Of a stretch of DNA of 64,000 nt, positions 12,412 through 23,618 are shown one piece after another (the first letter of the stretch is position 1; the number at the start of each line of letters is the position of its first letter). Both the position numbers and the translations under genes were made by a program. The stretch is from Octopus sinensis. Its lineage: Eukaryota. Below the pieces are notes generated by a model. The model did not search any database. It was not told the origin of the DNA and worked only from the letters and a program-made list of their open reading frames with translations. Location: assembly GCF_006345805.1 (NCBI RefSeq), contig NC_042998.1:22196001-22260000 (forward strand). Reading direction: 5' to 3'.

Positions 12412-12648
12412 CATCATCATCATTTAGCGTCCGTTCTCCATGCTAGCATGGGTTGGACGGTTCAACTGGGGTCTGTGAGGCTGGAAGGCTTCATCAGGCC
12501 CAGTCAGATCTGGCAGTGTTTCTACGGCTGGATGCCCTTCCTAACGCCAACCACTCCGTGAGTGTAGTGGGTGCTTTTAACGTGCCACCCGCACAGGTGC
12601 CAGACAGAGCTGGCAAACGGCCACAAACGGATGGTGCTTTTACATGTC
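12412..12648 (-). mobile_element. Family D non-LTR-type repeat with (GAT)n tail and internal gtgctttttacgtgccaccggcac sub-repeats
   Basis: catcatcat-tttaacgtcc...ctacagctggatgcccttcctaacgccaacc. Other copies at 14001-14345, 26185-26470, 38930-39210 (opposite), 40350-40655, 41058-41390, 47025-47350, 47410-47750 (opposite), 49040-49352 (opposite) and 59840-60260. Confidence 0.8.
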
Positions 12649-14446
12649 TTATATATATATATAATAATAATAATAATAATATTAGGGAGTAAATCCAAAC
12701 TTACAGGGAAAAATTAGATTTAGGATTAAATCTAATTTTATAGTATAAATATATATTATATTAAATTAGAGATAAAAATATTTTTTATATATTTTTTAAT
12801 TAATTTTATTTCTATGTATTGGCTTATGATTTTCACTGTTTGATTTGCTTAATAGTGGTTTCATTTCTAATTTAATATAATATATATATATATACATATA
12901 TTCATTCTTTATCTTTATAAGTCCACCATTTGCCCTTGCATTGAGTACTGTTGTCACATATGGGCAAAGTGCTCTTGCTGATTGTTTAACTCTGTTGGAC
13001 CTTTTTCAACACCATATTTGTAATTCTATTGGTCCTGATTTATCTTCTAAACTAGGGTCACTCTCTCATCATCGTCGTGTAGCTTCCTTGTCTCTTTTTC
13101 TATAAGCATTTTCATGGACATTGTTCAGCGGAACCCTCTTCTCCAGTTCCTCCTTTAAGAACTTATCAGTGATCAACTAGACTTGCATCCAGTTCTCATC
13201 AGTATACTGGTCAACCTCCTAAGTGTCGAAAAGCACTTTACAGTACCAGTTTCTTCCCTCACACTTCTGAACATTGGGATTCCCTTCCACAGTCTTGTTT
13301 TCCTCTTCAATATGACCTCCTGTCTTTTAAGTCTAATGTACATCGTCACCTATTGACTTCTGTCTAGTGTCCATTTTATACTAACAGCTCTTACGTCTTC
13401 AGTGGTCCAAGGACCTTCTAATGAGCGAATGCTTTAAAATATATATTTATATAACACCAAGAAAGTTAGGGGTTGTGGATCCAACACACTAAGGGTTAAT
13501 ACTTATCCAATATACTGTTAGTATAATACCCAATTATTAATACACAACTGTTTTTAATTGCAATGCAATAAACTTACTTATTGTATTAAATGGGTGAAGG
13601 TAAAGAAATATTTTACCATTAATTTATATTGCAAATAAGAGAATGGAGAAACACATTAGTTGGTTCATCAGCTTTAGGATATTAGAATATTGACTTATTT
13701 ATTTATCAAAACGACAACCATATTAACATACATACATATAGTATAGTATTCAATGCATATAAGATAAGAATACAAGCAGTTATTAAAAAACATGAATATA
13801 TATATATAGATAGTGTAAGATATAAGTTGGAGGTATTGTAACCATCTAAGGGATAGATGTATCCATAGGCACTTCTGGTATTACCACAGTATGTATAGTC
13901 CTTGTTATGAGGTATACGGCAGTAGGTAATTTGAGAGGTAAACTGTGGTTTAATATATATAAAGACGATAAGAATTGGAGCAATAAACAGTGAGAAGTGG
14001 ATCATCATCATCATCATCATCGTTTAACATCTGCTTTCCATGCCAGCATGGGTTGGATGATTTGACTGTGGACTGGGTAACCAGATGGCTGCACCAGGTT
14101 CCAATCTGACCTGGCAGAGTTTCTACAGCTGGATGCCCTTCCTAATGCCAACAACTCCGAGAGTGTAGTGGGTGCTTTAACATGCCACCGGCACGAGGGC
14201 CAGTCAGGCGGTACTGGCAACGGCCACACTCAAATGGTGCTTTTTATGTGCCAACTGCACAGGAGCCAGTCCAGCGGCATTGGCAGCGACCTCACTCGAA
14301 TGTTTTTTTCCCATGCCACCAGCACTAGTGCTAGTAAGGTGACACATTATAAGTAATTAAATACTGACTTTATAACATCAATGATCCACTTCTCACTGTT
14401 ATTTATTGCTCCATTTCTTATCATCTATATATATAAATATATATAT

Positions 14447-14762
14447 ATCACTGTGATCACCGTGACCGACCAAGCTATCAGATGTTGCTACACATTGCTG
14501 GTCACAATGCGCTTTGCATTGTTTTAGCCTTCAAATGACGCCACCCTGCTGGCTTAGGCGTCAGGCACAAACAGAAGAAAGAGTGAGAGAAAGTTGCAGC
14601 GAAAGAGTAAGCAGGGATCGCCAGCGCCACCACCCACGCCGGAGCCTATGGAGCTTTAGGTGTTTTCGCTCAATAAACAATCCAACGTCCCGGTCTGGGA
14701 ATCGAAACTGCGATCCTACAATCGCGAGTCCGCTGTCGTAACCACTGGGTCATTGCGCCTCC
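14447..14762 (-). mobile_element. tRNA-derived SINE (tRNA-Arg-like head)
   Basis: Minus strand begins ggaggcgcaatgacccagtggttacgacagcggactcgcgattgtaggatcgcagtttcgattcccagacc, with boxes A and B. Followed by a 3' half of SINE A at 14800-15020. Confidence 0.75.
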
Positions 14763-15289
14763 ATATATATATATATATATATTATAGTAATATATATATG
14801 TGTGTGTATGTATTTGTGTGTCTGTGTTCATCCTCTCACCATCATTTAACAACCGATGTTGGTGTGTTTATGTCCCTGTAACTTTGCAATTTGGTAAAAA
14901 AAGACCGATAGAATAAGTAACCAGGCTTACGAAGAATAAGTCCTGGGGGTTGATTTGATTCGACTAAAGTCGGCGCTCCATCATGGCCACAGTCAAAATG
15001 ACTGAAACAAGTAAAAGAATCAAAGAACAACATAATAAAATGGATAACCACAGAAAACAAGCAAATAAATAAACGGTCCCAAATTTGCTTTGGCATCTTT
15101 GAATACCGAAGAAAGAGAATCTGTTTGTAATGTAGTCTTCTTATAGAGACTTTTATCAACATATGCAACTCATCATTGCATTAGCCATTGTGGAATACAA
15201 AACAACAACAACAACAACAACAAAAAAGAATTTTTTGTTTTTTGATGTCGTTCATGTTTGTTTTGTTGTTTATCACTATCATCAACATC

Positions 15290-15915
15290 AGGGTCTCCAC
15301 CACCACCACTACTGCTACTACTACTACTAATGTTGCTGCTACTGTTGTTACTACCACCTCCACCACCACTGCAACCATCACCAGCACCACTACTACTACT
15401 ACTACTACTACTACCATTACTACCACCACTATTACTACTACTACTACTACTACTACTACAAAAGCAACCACAGTTACTCCCACCACCTCCATAACTACCA
15501 TCACTACTACTACTACTGTTGCTACTACAACTACTACAAAAATACTACTACTGCAACTACTACTATCACCACTACTACTACAAAAGCAACCACAGTTACT
15601 CCCACCACCTCCATAACTACCATCACTACTACTACTACTGTTGCTACTACAACTACTACAAAAATACTACTACTGCAACTACTACTACTATCACCACTAC
15701 TACTACAAAAGCAACCACAGTTACTACCACCACCTCCATAACTACTACTACTATTGTTGCTGCTGCTACTACTACTACTACAAAAATACTACTTCTACTA
15801 TTACTACTACTACTGCTGCTACTACCACCACCACTTCTACTACTACTACTACTACTACTATTGTTGCTGCTGTTACTACTACCACTTCCATCACCACCAC
15901 TACCGTTGTTGTTGT
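15290..15915. repeat. (ACT/ACC)n-derived minisatellite with 122-125 bp higher-order unit
   Basis: Anchor aaagcaaccacagttact at 15461, 15583 and 15708. Confidence 0.9.
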
Positions 15916-16199
15916 TATTTGCTAGTAGTTTAGTTCCCGAATGAATTCTTGTCTTTATCAACAGAACCACAAACTAAAATGAGCTGAGTTTTCACCTCAT
16001 GCAAGTAAAAACAAAAAATAAAAAAAACAGCAAAAAAAAAAGAAGAGAAATTTCTCTTAAAAAACAAGAGAAGAAAAAAAGTTGCCTTCCTTTACATTTG
16101 ACGATGCAGCAGTTTTTCTCTCTTAGCTTAAATGAAGAGGAACTATTTTGGTAGTTAGAACTGTTCTCTCTCTTGTTCAGTCTTTTTGTTGTCTGACTT

Positions 16200-16692
16200 G
16201 GTAAAATGTAGTATAATATCTCTCTGTATCTCTTCCTCTCTCTCTCTCACACACACTTCTATCTCTCTGTCTCTTCTTCTCTCTCTCACACACACTTCTA
16301 TCTCTCTGTCTCTTTCTCTCTCTCTCTCACATACACACACTTCTATCTCTCTGTCTCTTTCTCTCACACACACACTTCTATCTCTCTGTCTCTTACACAC
16401 ACACTTCTATCACTCTGTCTCTTCCTCTCTCTCTCTTACACACTTCTTTCTCTCTGTCTCTTCCTCTCTCTCACACACACACACACATACACTTCTATCT
16501 CTCTGTCTCTCAGACTCACTCACAAATATTACCTCTCTCTCTTTCTCTCACATACACACTTGTCTCTGTCTCTCCCTCTCTCATATACACACTCAAATAT
16601 TACCTCTCTCTCTCTGTCTCTCTCTCTCTCAGACTCACTCACAAATATTGCCTCTCTCTCTCTCACACACACACATCTGTTTCTCCCTCTCT

Positions 16693-16734
<42 letters not shown>

Positions 16735-17150
16735 TATTACCTCTCTCTCACACAAATATAGTCATCCTCTCTTTCTCACACATACTTCTCTCTGTCTCTG
16801 ACTCACTCTCTCTCACTCATACAAATATAGTCCCCCTCTCTCTCTCACACACACTTCTCTTTGTCTCTCTCTTTCTTTCACACACTTCTCTCCCTCTCTC
16901 AGACATACAAATATTACCTCTCTCTCTCTCACTCTCATACTCATACATAAATATAGTCTTTCCCTGTCTCTCACACACAAAAATACTCTCTCATTTCCTT
17001 TCTCTCTCTCACACATATTATATCTCTTAAAGATGTCTCTCCCTTTATTTCTCTTGCTCTCCCTCTCTCTCACACACACACATATATACTCACAGATGTA
17101 GTAAATGTCGTCTCTCCCCACTCACTCTCATACACACACTTACAAATCTA
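16200..17150. repeat. Compound (CT)n/(CA)n low-complexity tract with recurring caaatattacctctctc
   Basis: Direct reading; strongly pyrimidine-skewed on the + strand. Confidence 0.9.
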
Positions 17151-17489
17151 GTTAACCCCCTTCTCTCACATACATAGTCCTAAATGTGGTCTCTCTCTCT
17201 CTCTTTATTTCTCCTACAAACATACTCACACAGGGAAACACATACAGTCTATCTTTCACTTTCTCTTTCTTTCCCTTTTTCTTTTTTTTTCAATTTGGTA
17301 TATTTACAGTTTTAGAAGAACATCACCAAAGCATACTTTCTTCTTCAATAAACAAAAAAAAGTGCTACTCAACTATCTACCATTTTTTGTATTTGTAGAC
17401 CACACACAAACACACACACATACATGCATATACAGAATACGCTTGCATTCATTGATACACACATCAATGCATTGATGCATATATTTTTT

Positions 17490-17715
17490 TTCTATACTAC
17501 CCACAAGGAGCTAAACATAGAGGGGGCAAACAAGGACAGACAAAGAGATTAATTCGATTACATCAGCCCCAGTGTGAAACTGGTACTTTATTTATCGACC
17601 CCGAAAGGATGAAAGGCAAAGTCGACCTCGGCGGAATTTGAGCTCAGAACGTAACGACAGACGTAATACCGCTAAGCATTTCGCCCGGCATGCTAACGAT
17701 TCTGCCAGCTCACCG
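17490..17715 (-). mobile_element. SINE B, full-length
   Basis: Reverse complement of the family B consensus. Further minus copies at 24003-24470, 28820-29385 (three), 56500-56727 and 62650-62862. Confidence 0.85.
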
Positions 17716-18039
17716 CATGCACATACATGTTGAATATAGACTGGATGTGAATATTTGCATGCTCCAGTCAACTTAAGTGTTTCAATTATTTTCTAACGTA
17801 ATCATAAATTTAGTCTGGTTTCATTAAACAACAATAACTTTTTTATTTATCAATATATTAATGTGATTTTTGGAAGATAATTTAATGAAATGTCCTCAAC
17901 CAATTCTATACTATAATTTTTGTCACAAAGTGACTCTAATTGCAGGCAGATACAGGTAAATTCAACAATATATAAAATTATTAAAATTTTGTTCAAACAT
18001 CGCTATAGAAAATGGGTTATTAGCTAATATTCAATTGGG

Positions 18040-18400
18040 TATACAACAAAATTTTACGATATAATTTGTTATTCTGGGTAACTTTCTGATACCCATAATA
18101 ATATTTATGGCAAAATAGGCCTTAATTTCATTTAAGGTTGTGGGAAATAACAAACTATCCTTTCTTTCGTTTTGTTTACGTTTAGCATAACAGTTCGTTT
18201 CTGCCGTAATGATTTCAAATAGGCTCATTTGAAAAAGTAAATAGAAATAGTTTAAGGCTTTACTCTTCTGGGAAAGTCTGTGGCTTGGTCCAGTTTCTTC
18301 AGAAAAATCACCGAAAGAAACAGTTTTTAAATTTTCACTCCATTCAGGTACCAATTCGTTTTCTTTATCGCTGTCGGATTCACTGTTTTCACTTTAATAG
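18040..18400 (-). mobile_element. piggyBac (PGBD4-like) transposase N-terminal remnant
   Basis: ORF 18031-18354: FSEETGP...LNYFYLLF..SLFEIITAETNCYA...PTTLNEIKAYFAINIIMGIRKLPRITNY, the piggyBac F..FF...I..ETN.YA...E.K.F..I.I.MG...P pattern. Confidence 0.8.
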
Positions 18401-18778
18401 CTGCAAACTTGCAAAGACAAAGGAGGAGAAGGGTGATAGCGTCAGTGAAACAGTTCGTTCCCTTTGTGTGTGTGTGTGCGTTTGCGTGTGGTGTAAACCA
18501 CATTAAGAAGAGCATTTGACATACACACCAGAATGTGAGTTTTCTGTAAATTTTGCTTAATTGGAGTTTAAATTTTAAAAACTGGACCTGGCATGACCCG
18601 ATGCATTCTACTCTTAAAAATGCTAGGTAAATTGTAATTGAAGAAATCCTATATTGTAGATTTCTATAACTTACAAAGGGAGGCAGATAAAATCTGCCTT
18701 TTATAATAAGAGATATAAAGTGAGATGACAAAGCCAAGGCTGTGTGGAATTTATAGGACAATTATAAAGAGGGAGATA

Positions 18779-18827
18779 GACTTACAGCTGTTTCTGGCAT
18801 ATTAGGGATATCCCCTTCATCAGAGAC
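18779..18827 (-). ncRNA. Minimal type-I hammerhead ribozyme motif (A.A variant)
   Basis: Minus strand reads gtct-CTGATGA-a-ggggatat-ccct-aatatgcc-a-GAAA-cagctg-TA-agtc. Core intact, one mismatch each in stems I and II. Confidence 0.62.
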
Positions 18828-19057
18828 AATATGAGAGAGTTAACTAGAGGGAAATAGTAGAGTTCAATATAAGGAGTTATTTTGGAAAAAGATGGATATA
18901 GGAAGTATAAAGGGAAATAAGGGAATAAAAATAAAAGTAAAAATATATGTAGGATGCTACAGTTCCATTATCCAAGGAAAGTGTTGTGTAGAATGGGTAG
19001 AAATGCTTCTTGTCCATGGTATGCAGATTCCAATTGTTCATATTTTGTTATATATGA

Positions 19058-19447
19058 ACAGGAGTGGCTGTGTGGTAAGTAGCTTGCTTACCAACCACAT
19101 GGTTCCGGGTTCAGTCCCACTGTGTGGAATCTTGGGCAAATGTCTTTTACTATAGCCTCGGGCCGACCAAAGCCTTGTGAGTGGATTTGGTAGACGGAAA
19201 CTGAAAAGAAGCCCGTCGTGTATATGTATATATGTGTGTGTGTATGTTTGTGTGTCTGTGTTTGTCCCCCCAGCATTGCTTGACAACCGATGCTGGTGTG
19301 TTTATGTCACTGTCACTTAGCGATTCGGCAAAAGAGACTGGTAGAATAAGTACTGGGCTTACAAAGAATAAGTCCCGGGGTCGATTTGCTCGACTAAAGG
19401 CAGTGCCCCAGCATGGCCGCAGTCAAATGACTGAAACAAGTAAAAGT
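19058..19447 (+). mobile_element. SINE A, full-length, between the two hammerhead motifs
   Basis: caggagtggctgtgtggtaag...gactgaaacaagtaaaag. Confidence 0.88.
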
Positions 19448-19535
19448 AATATGTATGTGTTAGACAAAATGAGGTAACAAAGCAAAGGCTGTGAGGAGTT
19501 TTAAGGACATTTATAAGGAAAGAGATATAGATATA

Positions 19536-19583
19536 GCCTTACAGCTGTTTCTGGGATATTGTGGATATCCCTTCATCAGAGAC
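19536..19583 (-). ncRNA. Best-preserved minimal type-I hammerhead ribozyme motif (A.A variant)
   Basis: Minus strand reads gtct-CTGATGA-a-GGGATAT-ccaca-ATATCCC-a-GAAA-CAGCTG-TA-aggc: 4-bp stem I, perfect 7-bp stem II, palindromic ACAGCTGT stem III, predicted GUA cleavage between 19540 and 19539. Confidence 0.7.
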
Positions 19584-19723
19584 GATGTGAGATGGTTAAA
19601 TGGAAGTAAATATTTGAGTTTGAAATAGAGGAATTATTATGGAAAAGGAGGAGCTGGGGGAATATAGAGGGAAATAAAAGAATGAAAGCAGAAATAAAAT
19701 ATAAAATCTATGAATTATTCCAT

Positions 19724-19765
<42 letters not shown>

Positions 19766-19920
19766 ATTAAGGGTAAAACTAATTAATTACGAAGTAATCA
19801 ATAAATTTCACCAAGTAGAATTCGGTATGAAAACAGGACCGTTATATGGTAAATTCTAGTAATACTAATATTAAGGGATCAGCAAAAGAAATGCATCACC
19901 TTAATATCCCTTAATATTAG

Positions 19921-19951
<31 letters not shown>

Positions 19952-20006
19952 GCATACACAGACATTATAGATATAGATGCACAAACATACATATATATAC
20001 ACAAAC

Positions 20007-20040
<34 letters not shown>

Positions 20041-20267
20041 CGCAAATATATACATATATATATACACACACACAAACATACATATATATGTATACACAAA
20101 CATATATATATATATATATATACATATATACACATACATATATATATATACACAAACATACATATATATATATATATACATATATATACACATACATATA
20201 TATATATACACAAACATACATACATATATATACACAAACATACATACATATATATACACTAAAATAC

Positions 20268-20306
<39 letters not shown>

Positions 20307-20719
20307 CACGCAAACATATATATATATATATACGCAAATGTATACATATATATATATATATATACAAACATACATATATATGTATACACAAACATATATA
20401 TATAGATATATGCACACACACACACACATATATATATCATTTTCGATACACAATTATAAAAGTGCAACTTATCCTGTCACGCTTTAAAATACATAAAAAT
20501 TGACTGATTTATTTAATACTGTCAAGTATTTCCAAGCAATCCGTCAGGCATAGTTTATTACGTTAGATGTAGATTTTGCATTGGAGTAGATATATTTTAC
20601 ACACACACACAAACACACATTCACCTATATAAGAGAGTATCTCAAGGCTAATAACACAGTATTCAATGTTCTAACAAGATGTCTGTGTTAAGTTTGATAT
20701 ACAGATTACCTTTTGGCAT

Positions 20720-20724
20720 TAAAA

Positions 20725-20756
<32 letters not shown>

Positions 20757-21402
20757 AATTATTGTATACAGTGCTCAGGTGCACCACAACTTGTCAAAAG
20801 TGCGTATAAAGTATATGCAGTAATGTACAAATGTCTGGGAAGTGAACAGTGTATGAGTCAGATACATGCTTGTGTGTGTATGGAGGGGAGAAAATCAGGT
20901 GTAGTGTTGGCGAATCTCAGGATGCATGGAAGTTTTGAAGGATGTAGTGCTCCGATAACTAACAACTGAAGCCGGCAGTTTGTTCCATGCTTCAGTAACT
21001 CTTAGCCTGAAAAAATGTTTCCGAAAGTCATGGGAGCTGTGCTGTTTTCTGACTTTGTAAATATGTCCATGGGTGTTAGACAGGTGGAGTTTGAAAAGGT
21101 GCTCAGAGTTATTGGTTGTAAGATGGCTAATAATTTTATGGGTGTCTGCCAAGTCAGCTGCCAGACGTCGGAGTTTCAATGTGTCCATGCCCAGGGAAGT
21201 AAGGCGTTCAGAATATGGCAATTGTATACAGTGCTCAGGTGCACCACAACTTGTCAAAAGTGCGTATAAAGCATATGCAGTAATGTAGAAATGTCTGGAA
21301 AGCGAACAGTGTATGAGTCAGATACATGCTTGCGTGTGTATATGGAGGGGAGAAAATCAGGTGTAGTGTTGGCGAATCTCAGGAAGCATGGAAGTTTTGA
21401 AT
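20720..21402 (-). mobile_element. CR1-clade LINE 3' fragments (head-to-tail dimer) with (ATT)n tail
   Basis: ORF 20895-21257: LPYSERLTSLGMDTLKLRRLAADL...RKHFF..RVTEAWNKLPASVVS..STTSFKT, a CR1 RT C-terminus. The terminal ~185 bp is repeated at 20761 and 21221. Confidence 0.85.
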
Positions 21403-21739
21403 ACTGCTTCCATCACTAATTGATTTTTATTAGCCTGCTGGATATTTGCAACTTCAGTATTGGAAAAGATGGTGTTCTTCTTTATATCATAGCAATGAGA
21501 TTTGACTGGCATGAGGTGACTGGATGCCTCCAACTGATGATTCTCAGTAGGATGAAATCCTGATATGGGAATCCCAGCACCCATGACTGACAATTCTCGT
21601 CTGCTATGATCTGTGTGTGTGTGGTTCTATGCACCAAACCCCTAAATGAGAGGGTCTCTCAAGGACAATAATGCAGTATATGCTGTTCTTATAAGACATC
21701 CATGTTGTGTTGGATATAAAGATTACCTTTTATTACCTT

Positions 21740-22840
21740 TTATATGCTTCAAGCATATAGCTTCCATCCGGATATTGTACGATGGGTTGGTGCCTTCCTC
21801 TCAGATCGCTCCTTCCAAGTTCAAGTTAATGGTTTGCGGTCTGACGTCTCCAGTGCGAGCAGTAGCGTGCCTCAAGGTTCAGTGCTTGGGCCCTTGTTGT
21901 TCTTAGTCTTCATAAATGACTTGCCCGACGACCTCACGCAACACACCCTTCTATTTGCCGACGATATCAAACTGGTCGCTCCTCGCGGTAGTATAGAGGA
22001 TCTTCGTCGATGCCTCCACCAAATTTCGAAGTGGTCTAACGATTGGGACCTGTGTCTGAACGTTTCAAAGTGCTGTCATCTGCCTGTCGGCTCTACTCCT
22101 GCAACTCAACTTGATTTCGAGCCGGGTCGTCTGCTGCTGGAGAGGACCGATCAGGTAAAGGACCTGGGTATCTTGGTGGATTCCTCCTTTTCGCCTTGGC
22201 CCAGTGCGTCCATGCTGCCAACAAAGCGCGCGGAATTCTGTTTTTGATTCGACGGTCATTCGGAATGCTCACAGCAGCCATATTCCTACCACTCTATGTC
22301 ACGCTGGTGAGACCCATATTGGAGTATGGGATTCAAGCCTCTTCTCCTTATCTCCTCAAAGACATACAGCATCTCGAAAGAGTCCAGAGGCTGGCTACCC
22401 GCATGGTTCATGGTCTCAAAAATTTGTCCTACGAAGAAAGGCTGAGGACGCTCGACCTTATTCTCTTGAAAAACGCCGCCGCCGTGGTGATCTCATTCTC
22501 GCCCACAACATCATAAGCGGGAAGTGTAACCTCTCGAAAGAGATGTTCTTCACTCCTGCTCCGGAGCGTCGGCTGCGGGGTCATTCCGAAAAGCTCTACC
22601 TGCGACAATTTCATCTCAATCAAAGGAGAGGAGCTTTCTCCGTCCGGGTTGCGGATCCGTGGAACAAGCTGCCAGACGAGATGGTGAAGATGCCGACGAC
22701 CGCTTTGTTCAAAGCCTCCCTGGACCTCAAGTGGCCTGAACTCTTTACATGAACACCACCCTGTACTTAACTCCATGTCCCCCTACATGGCCTTGCTATT
22801 TGCTTTTGAGCCAAATTAACTAACTAACTAACTAACTAAC
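21740..22840 (+). mobile_element. 5'-truncated CR1-clade LINE (RT domain, two frameshifts) with (TAAC)n tail
   Basis: SVPQGSVLGPLLFLVFINDLPD...LLFADDIKL (RT motifs), then LYVTLVRPILEYG...LERVQRLATRMV and RRRRGDLI...WNKLP in shifted frames. The taactaac tail is at 22815-22840. Confidence 0.92.
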
Positions 22841-23022
22841 ATATATATCTATATTATATAGAGGGCATTACTACACATAAATGCCACATGCTAGGAGGGA
22901 CTCTTAAAGTAAAAACTACTAAAATAAATATACACATCGTACTGAATGTAACTCTCGAAGAGTCCCCCCTAGCATGTGGCATTTATGTGTAGTAATGGCC
23001 TCTATATAATATAGATATATAT
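22841..23022. repeat. Inverted repeat, 65-bp arms (2 mismatches), 52-nt spacer
   Basis: 22841-22905 is the reverse complement of 22958-23022. Confidence 0.95.
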
Positions 23023-23125
23023 ATTTAAGTGAAAAAATTGGTGGATCTTTTTCTCTTATGAGGTTTTTCACGCTGACTACTTGATAAATTCATATAAAGA
23101 TTTTATCCTATTTTTAAGTTGTATG

Positions 23126-23157
<32 letters not shown>

Positions 23158-23162
23158 ATATA

Positions 23163-23549
23163 CTCTTTTACTTGTTCCAGTCATTTGACTGCGGCCATGC
23201 TGGAGCACCACCTTTAATCGAGCAACTTGACCCCAGGACTTATTCTTTTGTAAGCCCAGTACTTATTCTATCGGTCTCTTTTGCCGAACGGCTAAGTTAC
23301 GGGGACGCACCAGCATCGGTTGTCAAGCAATGCTAGGGGGACACAGACACACAAACACACACACGCATATATATATATATAAATATATACGACGGGCTTC
23401 TTTCAGTTTCCGTCTACCAAATCCACTCACAAAGCTTTGGTCGGCCCGAGGCTATAGTAGAAGACACTTGCCCAAAGTGCCACGCAGTGGGACTGAACCC
23501 GGAACCATGAGGCTGTAAACAAGCTACTTACCACACAGCCACTCCTGCG

Positions 23550-23550
<1 letters not shown>
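23163..23550 (-). mobile_element. SINE A, full-length
   Basis: Family A consensus. Further copies at 32597-33008 (+), 33722-34120 (-), 34355-34657 (-, headless), 38100-38490 (-), 42095-42533 (-), 45140-45560 (-), 46403-46797 (-) and 48195-48560 (+). Confidence 0.88.

Positions 23551-23618
<68 letters not shown>

Noticed and set aside
15188-15970. Thr-rich mucin-like and poly-Val/Ser ORFs
   Set aside because: Trinucleotide-derived repeat with frame-shifting period and no convincing splice sites.
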